Assembly: GCF_000020025.1 (NCBI RefSeq)
Contig: NC_010628.1
Span: 1,950,001-1,982,000 of the forward strand
Direction of reading: 5' to 3'
From: Nostoc punctiforme PCC 73102
Lineage (GTDB): Bacteria > Cyanobacteriota > Cyanobacteriia > Cyanobacteriales > Nostocaceae
DNA length: 32,000 bases
The position numbers and the translations under genes are program-made. How positions within the stretch are numbered: the stretch's first letter is position 1; each line of letters begins with the position of its first letter. The notes beneath the pieces were generated by a model. The model was not told the origin of the DNA. It saw only the letters and a list, made by a program, of their open reading frames with translations, and searched no databases. Of this stretch, positions 25,407 to 32,000 are shown in pieces.

Positions 25407-26048
25407 TCAACTCTTAGGTAAATAAATGTTGATCGTGATTCCGGTACCTTTGAGATTTCCTGATGAGAGTGTGTGATATAAGACCATTCCCCGATTTGGT
25501 TGATCGAAAAGAAACGCACGACGTGTAGGTTTGATCTTCCCTTGCTTTACTAAGGAAACGAAGGCTTCTAAATATCTACGTATACCTTTGCGGTTCTCTT
25601 GAGTAGTATTCAGATGATGCTCGATCAGCATCATAAAGAAGTCCAAGCTACGATTTTCCTGCCCCTGAATCAGACTGCCCTCATCTAGAAAAGAACTTGC
25701 TATGAGCCTGTTATCAACTCGTTTAACCTTAAACAGAGTAAAGTAACGCCCTTCTTGTTTCGGATCGTTCGCATAACAGACCCAAGAACCCTCTTGATTT
25801 TGGGTAAAACCTTGTTCAGCAAGGTAAGAAAGCAAAGAATTATTGGCCTTAGTCTGTGGTGGAGGTAATAAATCTTCAATGGGATCTAAAGAGCAAATCC
25901 TCTGTGTTGTTTTCCGTTGAGACACAGCAGCAGCCTCCTGGATACGGAGGCGCAAAGGCTTGTCAGCAGACATTGCCATGCTAGACATTGCAGCCAATAC
26001 AGACACTTGGAGAGCGATCGCTCCAACCAAACGAACAATGATATTCAT
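25407..26048 (-). CDS. Hypothetical exported protein
   Basis: 213 aa. Signal-peptide-like N-terminus MNIIVRLVGAIALQVSVLAAMSSMAMSA. No recognisable family. Same strand as, and upstream of, the PEP-CTERM gene. Confidence 0.5.
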   Translation of the reverse strand: MNIIVRLVGAIALQVSVLAAMSSMAMSADKPLRLRIQEAAAVSQRKTTQRICSLDPIEDLLPPPQTKANNSLLSYLAEQGFTQNQEGSWVCYANDPKQEGRYFTLFKVKRVDNRLIASSFLDEGSLIQGQENRSLDFFMMLIEHHLNTTQENRKGIRRYLEAFVSLVKQGKIKPTRRAFLFDQPNRGMVLYHTLSSGNLKGTGITINIYLPKS

Positions 26049-27044
26049 GTTTTACCTGTTACTTTTACTTACGTTGTCAATAATCAAGTCGTTACTAAAT
26101 CAGGATTGATTTAGCAGTCCTAAATCATTTGTTAAATTTAAGTGTTTGCCTCATTTGATCGAGGTTCGCTTAAGTTTTCACCAGTCAAATAGGAATTTTA
26201 TATATAGGTAACTAAGCACAAAGATAATCAATGTCTAAAGAAAAGACACAATCTTAATGTTTTATTGGCAACAAAAATCGTGCTTTTTGTTACTTTTTTG
26301 TATACAAAAAACCATTGACATTGCGTCAACACTTTTATATTTACTGTTGTCTAAATTTTTACCGATGTTAAGAGGTTTTTATGCCTTCTTCGCTGGCTGT
26401 CATGATTCCTAAAAAAGGGCTTTTTTAGCTCTTTAGTATCTTAAGTATAAGCAGACTTTCAAAAGCTCCGTGCTTTGCACATTGCTGCTTTTGCTGATTT
26501 CCTTGCTGGGTTGAATAACTTTTTGTTTTTTGGAGGTAGCACGCCTAACTAGCTGTTTCAGCATGATTTTAATTTGATGTATAAATAGTATCTCCTGACA
26601 GTAAAATAATATTACCATGAGCTTGAGACATGCAACTGTATTGTGGACAGTTATCAAAGTTGTACACAGTGAATCATAACTACCTCTCTATTAAATTTCA
26701 TGGCAAATAGCTGAGAGTCAAAGTCAATTTACTTATATATCGTTAGTATATTTCAAATATAGTACCCTTGTTCTTAAGACGTTTACTTTTTGTCTCAAAT
26801 GTAACTTATGTTTAAAAAACATACGTATGCCAATATATTCTTATTGCTGGATAAGCTTGATTATCTGAACTTTAAGCTAGAAGCGATGCCTGCGGCGGTA
26901 AACTACGCATCATATCAAGTCTGGGTAATTAATTATGATTCCCACAGCAATTGCACCCCTCCCTAATACATTAGGAGGATAGAAAAAGCGTATCTTTGAC
27001 TACAATTAAGATATTAACTTGGTAATTTTACAAGCCTTGACAGT

Positions 27045-27473
27045 ATGAATGTGGAATTTTTTAACAGGATTCCTTTGATGCCTTTAGTATTACTATGGCT
27101 AGCTTATACTCTCCTGGGATGGTATCTTGCCACTAACCATATTATTTGGTTAGTGGGAGCTTTTATTGCAGCTATAGTTATAGCTATAGTGCGAAAGAGT
27201 AATTCTTGGTTAGAGCGTTTAGTTGAATTTGGATCTCAAACTTTAGCTGTCATATTATTTTTAAGTATATCAATTGCTTTTGTAGCAACTTGGTCGCTAT
27301 TTTTAAGGCTTTTTCTCATACCTTTAGCAACTACCCTTTTAGCTGATTTGGAAATGCGATTTTCTGGCTTTAATAAGCTAGATCCATTTTGGATTTTAAC
27401 AGTTATAGCGGTATTAGGTTTGGTAGTGGGAGAATTAATTGATATTTTACTTTTCCCCAGTAATAGATACTAA
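27045..27473 (+). CDS. Hypothetical 4-TM membrane protein
   Basis: 142 aa with four hydrophobic helices. No recognised family. Confidence 0.5.
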   Translation: MNVEFFNRIPLMPLVLLWLAYTLLGWYLATNHIIWLVGAFIAAIVIAIVRKSNSWLERLVEFGSQTLAVILFLSISIAFVATWSLFLRLFLIPLATTLLADLEMRFSGFNKLDPFWILTVIAVLGLVVGELIDILLFPSNRY

Positions 27474-27651
27474 AAGATTAACTATAAAAAGAAATTTTTA
27501 TTATTTATTAAGTAGGAATGTAGATATGTGCGTCTATACTCGATCTCAAATTTTAGGCGATCGCCGCTCTAGCTGCTTGACAGAGCAAAGCACGATTACT
27601 CGCTATTAGTCAATCGCAATGTTGCAAGTGGCAAAAGTGGGTTAGAATGAT

Positions 27652-28047
27652 GTGCTTTATGACCTTGGTAGTGGTGACGGAAGAATTGTCAATACTGCGG
27701 CACAAAAGTTTGGTACGCGCGGTGTTGGCATAGATATCAATCCTGAACGCATTAAAGAAGCTAATGAGAATGCCCAAAAAGCAGGAGTAACCGATCGTGT
27801 GAAGTTTATTCAACAAGACTTGTTCAACACTGATTTTAGTGAAGCAACAGTAGTTACACTTTACTTACTGCCAGAGGTTAATGCTAAACTCCGTCCAAAG
27901 CTGTTAAAAGAACTCAAACCTGATAGTCGCATTGTCTCCCACGCCTTCGATATGGGCGATTGGAAACCACAGCAGATTCTAAATGTAGAGGGAAAAACTA
28001 TTTATTACTGGGTAGTTCCTGAACAAGTACCAGCGAATTTGCGATAG
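27652..28047 (+). CDS. Class I SAM-dependent methyltransferase, N-terminally truncated (possible pseudogene)
   Basis: Motif I (V)LYDLGSGDGRIV begins at the very first codons (GTG start). The rest reads GVGIDINPERI..A..NA.KAGV, VVTLYLLPE. Upstream in the same frame is homolog-like sequence broken by stops: ..ITRY*SIAMLQVAKVG*NDVLYDLGSG (TAG at 27607 and 27643). Confidence 0.6.
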   Translation: MLYDLGSGDGRIVNTAAQKFGTRGVGIDINPERIKEANENAQKAGVTDRVKFIQQDLFNTDFSEATVVTLYLLPEVNAKLRPKLLKELKPDSRIVSHAFDMGDWKPQQILNVEGKTIYYWVVPEQVPANLR

Positions 28048-28335
28048 GAACTAACCAATTTGTAATGACATTTGTAGACTCGTTACGGCTATGCTCTAAG
28101 CAAAGCTATGCCGCAGGCTTTACGTAATTCGTAATCTAAGAGGCATCAGATTCAAGTTGAGTTTCCATTTCTTGAATCTGTAGCCTAATTTTTAAGACTT
28201 GATTTCATAAATTCAAATTTTTTAACTTTAAATTACCTCCATTGGGGGTTGACAAAACAAATTTAGATATTGAAAAGAATAATATAAAATTCAAAATTGT
28301 TTGACTGAGTTCAAATTCAAGCAAGCTCAGGAAAT

Positions 28336-28673
28336 ATGATAGGGTTAAAGAGAAAGAATGCTTTAATTACAGGTGCAACTTCAGGAATTAGTCAGGCGAT
28401 CGCTATCAGACTCGCTCAATAAGGGTGCAACATCGCTATAAATTACCGCAAACATCCAGAAGCGGCGGTAGACACAGAAGAAATGGCATTGCAAAAAGCC
28501 TGCGGAAATATCGAAAATTGTGGTGTGAAGTCGCTGCTGGCACCTGTGAGGAGATGACAGCCGCAGCAGCTTTTTTAGCCTCGGATGAAGCCGCCTACAT
28601 CATTGGACAGACACTATTTGTACATGGTGGATTGAATCTGTATGCTGACTTCCGAGAAACCTGGTCAGCTTGA
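28336..28673 (+). pseudogene. Short-chain dehydrogenase/reductase (glucose-1-dehydrogenase-like) remnant: premature stop plus large internal deletion/frameshift
   Basis: From ATG 28336: MIGLKRKNALITGATSGISQAIAIRLAQ-TAA(28420-28422)-GCNIAINYRKHPEAAVDTEEMALQKACGNIENCGVKSLL. The reading then jumps frame to ...GTCEEMTAAAAFLASDEAAYIIGQTLFVHGGLNLYADFRETWSA*. The TGxxxGIG cofactor motif and the C-terminal tail are present, but the catalytic middle is missing (about 150 aa by my estimate). Confidence 0.75.
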
Positions 28674-28683
28674 GAAAAAGGTA

Positions 28684-28711
28684 AGGGGGCAGGCGGCAGG
28701 GGGCAAGGGGG
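28684..28711 (+). repeat. G-rich heptamer tract (AGGGGGC x4, STRR-like, complementary orientation)
   Basis: agggggc aggcggc agggggc aaggggg. Confidence 0.45.
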
Positions 28712-28976
28712 ATCGAACAGAAAGGGGATTCGCCAAGTCTTAGAGAGGCTGCATCAGCCAACGGTAGAGCTACGGGTAACGCACAGCTACATGACTACCC
28801 CTGTTGCATTAGCTTCCGGTAGAGTACGAGAACCACGCTTGGTTGTTGTGGGGGACTCAAACCCATTTTCTGCTCCACAGATGGAGAAAGAGGTCATTTC
28901 CCCCTGCCTGTTTGTTGAGTAAGGCTGGCGTACTTTCCATAATTAAGCCGATACATACCATTATTAGTGAAATTAA

Positions 28977-30386
28977 ATGCCCATGACTAGCGCCATCGAT
29001 AAGAACAGTCAACTGGAAGCACAAGCTTGGGAATTATTGGAAGAGTCCGTAATTTTTTACCAAGGAAAACCCATTGGTACTGTAGCCGCTCACGATCCGG
29101 AGTCAGATGCACTCAATTATGACCAGTGCTTTCTCCGCGATTTTGTGCCTTCTGCCTTGGTGTTTCTCATGTATGGGAAAGCAGAGATTGTCCGTAACTT
29201 CTTAGTAGAAACACTGAAGTTACAAAGTCATGAAAAGCAGATAGACTGCTTTGAACCAGGAGCGGGATTAATGCCTGCCAGTTTCAAAGTGCATTTTAAT
29301 GGCAATGAGGAATTTTTGGTCGCTGATTTTGGTGAGCAAGCGATCGCTCGTGTTCCCCCAATTGATTCTTGTATGTGGTGGATTCTTTTGCTACGAGCTT
29401 ATGAAAAAGCTACAGGCGATTTGTCCCTGGCGCGTCAGCCAGATTTTCAAGCCGGAATCAAACTAATTTTGGATCTTTGCTTAGTACATCGGTTTTCCAT
29501 GTACCCAACAATGTTAGTTCCCGATGGCGCGTTTATGATTGACCGTCGTATGGGAGTCTACGAACATCCTCTAGAAATTCAGGTGTTATTTTATGCGTCC
29601 TTGAGGGCTGCTAGTGAATTGCTTTTACCAGATGGGGATGGGGATAGTTATCTCGGCAAAGTCAATAGGCGATTGGGATCTTTGAAATATCATATCCGCA
29701 ACTATTATTGGCTAGATTTGAAGCGATTGGGGGAAATCTATCGTTACAAAGATAACGAATTTGGTAAAGAAATTGTTAATAAATTCAACATCAACTCAGA
29801 ATCAATTCCTAGTTGGTTGACCGAGTGGTTGCCAGAAACGGGAGGATATTTAGCGGGAAATCTGGGGCCGGGACGGATTGATTTTCGCTTTTTTGCTCTG
29901 GGAAATCTGATGGCAATCTTAACTTCCTTAGCAAGCGAAAAAGAATCTCAAAGCATTATGAATTTATTTGTCCAACGTTGGCAAGACTTGATCGGCTATA
30001 TGCCTGTTAAAATTTGCTTTCCGGCTTTAGAAGGTTTAGAGTGGAGAATTGTTACAGGATGTGACTCTAAAAACAGGGCTTGGTCTTATCACAACGGTGG
30101 CAACTGGCCAGTCTTACTGTGGTTATTTGCATCGGCGGCGCAGAAAGCAGGTCGAACAGAACTTGCTCAAGCAGCGATCGCTATTGCCGAAAGGCGTTTA
30201 TTGAAGGATAAATTCCCTGAATATTACGATGGCAACAATGGCCGTTTAATTGGCAAAGAAGCTAGAATCAATCAAACTTGGAGCATTGCCGGATTGTTGA
30301 CCGCTAAAAAGTTCGTGGAAAATCCAGATTACTTAGAATTAATCAGTTTTGCAGAGGGTCTTGAAGTCCCAGGCTGTAGCCTGTAG
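28977..30386 (+). CDS. Alkaline/neutral invertase (glycoside hydrolase family 100)
   Basis: 469 aa. [70 protein letters not shown] are GH100 signature stretches known from Anabaena InvA/InvB and plant neutral invertases. Confidence 0.88.
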   Translation: MPMTSAIDKNSQLEAQAWELLEESVIFYQGKPIGTVAAHDPESDALNYDQCFLRDFVPSALVFLMYGKAEIVRNFLVETLKLQSHEKQIDCFEPGAGLMPASFKVHFNGNEEFLVADFGEQAIARVPPIDSCMWWILLLRAYEKATGDLSLARQPDFQAGIKLILDLCLVHRFSMYPTMLVPDGAFMIDRRMGVYEHPLEIQVLFYASLRAASELLLPDGDGDSYLGKVNRRLGSLKYHIRNYYWLDLKRLGEIYRYKDNEFGKEIVNKFNINSESIPSWLTEWLPETGGYLAGNLGPGRIDFRFFALGNLMAILTSLASEKESQSIMNLFVQRWQDLIGYMPVKICFPALEGLEWRIVTGCDSKNRAWSYHNGGNWPVLLWLFASAAQKAGRTELAQAAIAIAERRLLKDKFPEYYDGNNGRLIGKEARINQTWSIAGLLTAKKFVENPDYLELISFAEGLEVPGCSL

Positions 30387-30430
30387 GTATTTAGCGGTGT
30401 CATTATCAGGGTGTCTCTACTAACTATTTT

Positions 30431-30465
30431 CCTAGTCCCCAGCCCCCAATCCCTAGTCCTTAGAC
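30431..30465 (+). repeat. STRR-like heptamer tract (5 units)
   Basis: cctagtc cccagcc cccaatc cctagtc cttagac, immediately downstream of the invertase gene. Confidence 0.5.
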
Positions 30466-30595
30466 CTCTTATTTAATCATGAGAAGGGAAAAATAACCTC
30501 AAATTCTCAAATACTCGATAACTGATACACTATATTGTAAGAGGTATCTGAAGTGTCATACTTAGTAATATCATCAGATAGTCTTTGCATCCTTA

Positions 30596-30611
30596 ACACG
30601 TTTTAACGTGT
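30596..30611. promoter_or_regulatory. Operator-like inverted repeat ACACGTT-tt-AACGTGT upstream of the 100-aa ORF
   Basis: 7-bp perfect arms separated by 2 nt, ending 7 nt before the ATG at 30619. Confidence 0.3.
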
Positions 30612-30618
30612 ATAACAC

Positions 30619-30921
30619 ATGAAAACTACTTCAGATTTAATTTCAGAATTTGAACAACTATTCAGACAAAAATTACAACTAAATAATTGTAAACTCAGAA
30701 AGAAAAGACAAGAGAATAATTATGAAATTATTACTCCAGCTAAAGACATTTTTTTGATGTATTGGTCTGAATTCCCAGAAGTTAGCTTAATATATCAGGC
30801 TGTAGGGGTACGCACTCAGCAGACTAGTGTTTATGAACGTGCTATCCGGTTGCACATTAGTTCTTGTTTGAGTAGTATTCAGGAGAATCCTACCTCCGAA
30901 ACACCATTATTGGTAAAATAA
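30619..30921 (+). CDS. Hypothetical protein (100 aa)
   Basis: ORF only. AT-rich, no recognised motif. Confidence 0.4.
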   Translation: MKTTSDLISEFEQLFRQKLQLNNCKLRKKRQENNYEIITPAKDIFLMYWSEFPEVSLIYQAVGVRTQQTSVYERAIRLHISSCLSSIQENPTSETPLLVK

Positions 30922-31025
30922 CTAATACTTAGATAACTCACATAATATTTACTAAACTCTCGCCAGTTTTTGTAATATAACTGACGAGAGTTTTTCACCT
31001 AAAATCTGTTGATCGAGAGATAAAA

Positions 31026-31499
31026 ATGCAATCTGAAAAAAATCAAGATCGAGATCAGCTAGATTATAAAACCTTGTTAGCCAATGCAAAGCAAGCCTTA
31101 AAACTTGAATATCATAAATCAGCCGCATTAGCTTCCCAACTGCAAACCATAAAAACTCAGTTAGAGCAAGTTCAGGCTGAAAACAAAACTCTCAAGGAAA
31201 GTGCTTATGAAGATGTAGTTAAGCACTTTGAGGCGCGGACTCAAGCAGCAGAAGCACTCGCATTAAAAACAGAAGTACGCCAAAGATTCCTTGAAGCCAA
31301 TGGTTGCAAGGATGATGAGAGCTTTGATACTCTATGGGATAGCATTAAAAATAAAATTCAGATTCAAGACGGGGAAGTGAGAATCGTTGCTCCAAATGGT
31401 ACTCCCAAATTCACCTTAACGGGTAGCATGATGACTTTGAGGGATTTTATTCAATCCCTCAAAAAAGACCCAATCTCGGAAAAATTTTTCTTGAGCTAG
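31026..31499 (+). CDS. Hypothetical coiled-coil protein (157 aa)
   Basis: The N-terminal ~85 aa is heptad-rich (LASQLQTIKTQLEQVQAENKTLKE). The C-terminal part is globular (DGEVRIVAPNGTPKFTLTGSMMTLRDFIQSLKK). No family recognised. Confidence 0.45.
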   Translation: MQSEKNQDRDQLDYKTLLANAKQALKLEYHKSAALASQLQTIKTQLEQVQAENKTLKESAYEDVVKHFEARTQAAEALALKTEVRQRFLEANGCKDDESFDTLWDSIKNKIQIQDGEVRIVAPNGTPKFTLTGSMMTLRDFIQSLKKDPISEKFFLS

Positions 31500-31556
31500 A
31501 AAGCCAAATTAATGAAAGGCTTTCGCTATAAGTAGACTAAAAATTGTAGCAGAAAG

Positions 31557-31739
31557 CTATTCATCTTCGTCTCCTGGCGGTCTTTCGCTCTCGCTTTGTT
31601 GGGCGTTCCACTCCAAAATAATGCGTTCCAACATCTCAGACTGCGTACAGCTATTAACATCCGCGTACATTTTAATCAACTGCCTCACTTCGGGACTAAT
31701 GTGACGGATCTCTAGTTGGTTATTTTGTAGCATGTCCAT
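31557..31739 (-). CDS. Small ribbon-helix-helix (CopG/Arc-like) protein
   Basis: 60 aa. A predicted beta-strand (LEIRHISPEV) followed by two helices (RQLIKMYADV / SQSEMLERIILEW) and an acidic tail. The fold assignment is by pattern only. Confidence 0.45.
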   Translation of the reverse strand: MDMLQNNQLEIRHISPEVRQLIKMYADVNSCTQSEMLERIILEWNAQQSESERPPGDEDE

Positions 31740-31862
31740 TAACTTTTAGTGTCTATTACATTATGTTGAACCATTAAACTATGTCTGTTGCAATAAATTT
31801 TGTTAATGGCGATCGCTGTCTATCCCCTGCTATGTAATTATTTTTACTTTATAAATAACCTC

Positions 31863-32000
31863 TTAACCAGGTGGGGCTGCTTCTTCAAAGGGACGAATAA
31901 TTGCAGGGGCTGGTGTTACTTCTGGTTTAAAAATTCCTTGTAAGGCTTGTTCTAAGGTTTGGGCCATGACAATCCGGTTTTCGTAAGCCACAACTACCCG
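31863..32000 (-). CDS. C-terminal 45 codons of a gene entering from the right edge (UPF0182-like tail)
   Basis: The reverse complement reads [45 protein letters not shown]. The [13 protein letters not shown] tail resembles what I recall of cyanobacterial UPF0182 proteins. Not in the ORF track because it is open at the edge. Confidence 0.45.
   Translation of the reverse strand, partial: RVVVAYENRIVMAQTLEQALQGIFKPEVTPAPAIIRPFEEAAPPG

Noticed and set aside
24835-26114. Plus-strand ORFs 24835-25017, 25030-25230 and 25917-26114
   Set aside because: They are antisense to the two exported-protein genes, short, and without motifs.
26433-26657. 74-aa minus-strand ORF in the 1-kb gap
   Set aside because: It is AT-rich and Lys/Ile/Leu-biased with no SD and no motif, so it is most likely a chance ORF.
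28760-28900. tRNA-like strings (two cGGTAGAG D-loop-like motifs; GGGGGACTCAAACCC resembling an inverted T-arm)
   Set aside because: I could not fold a cloverleaf on either strand. There is no anticodon stem, the T-loop deviates from TTCRANY, and there is no acceptor pairing. The region is treated as part of a decayed-gene stretch instead.

Overview
This 32-kb chromosomal window looks like a filamentous Nostoc/Anabaena-type cyanobacterium. That is an inference from roughly two dozen HIP1 octamers (GCGATCGC, counted by eye), STRR-like heptamer tracts, Nostoc-style dispersed repeats and gene content. Housekeeping genes: a partial Ycf46-like AAA+ ATPase, DUF177/YceD, the rpmH-rnpA-PH-yidC-jag operon, DUF2808, the pntAA-pntAB-pntB transhydrogenase operon, petN followed by an unlisted 53-codon membrane ORF, a membrane-anchored Mn superoxide dismutase, a GH100 alkaline/neutral invertase, and the tail of a UPF0182-like gene. 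rpmH and petN are both below the ORF-track size cutoff. Signalling genes: a 1042-aa four-GAF histidine kinase, and a hybrid kinase whose N-terminal membrane domain aligns with the ethylene-binding domain of plant ETR1 (Cys/His copper ligands conserved), followed 30 nt later by a REC-histidine kinase. Accessory, AT-rich patches: a HEAT-repeat + SMI1/KNR4 (SUKH) pair; a VOC + 4xCxxC protein + MazF/antitoxin islet bracketed by a HIP1-bounded repeat family; a 156-bp MITE-like element; a PEP-CTERM-type exported protein with an exported neighbour; about 1.4 kb of decayed genes; and three small orphan genes including an RHH protein. I do not see a convincing novel multi-gene system: there is no defence-type enzyme cassette, CRISPR array, reverse transcriptase or secretion machinery. 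The best follow-up candidates are the ethylene-receptor-like kinase cascade and the PEP-CTERM pair. All calls come from reading translated motifs by eye; no database search or folding computation was possible.
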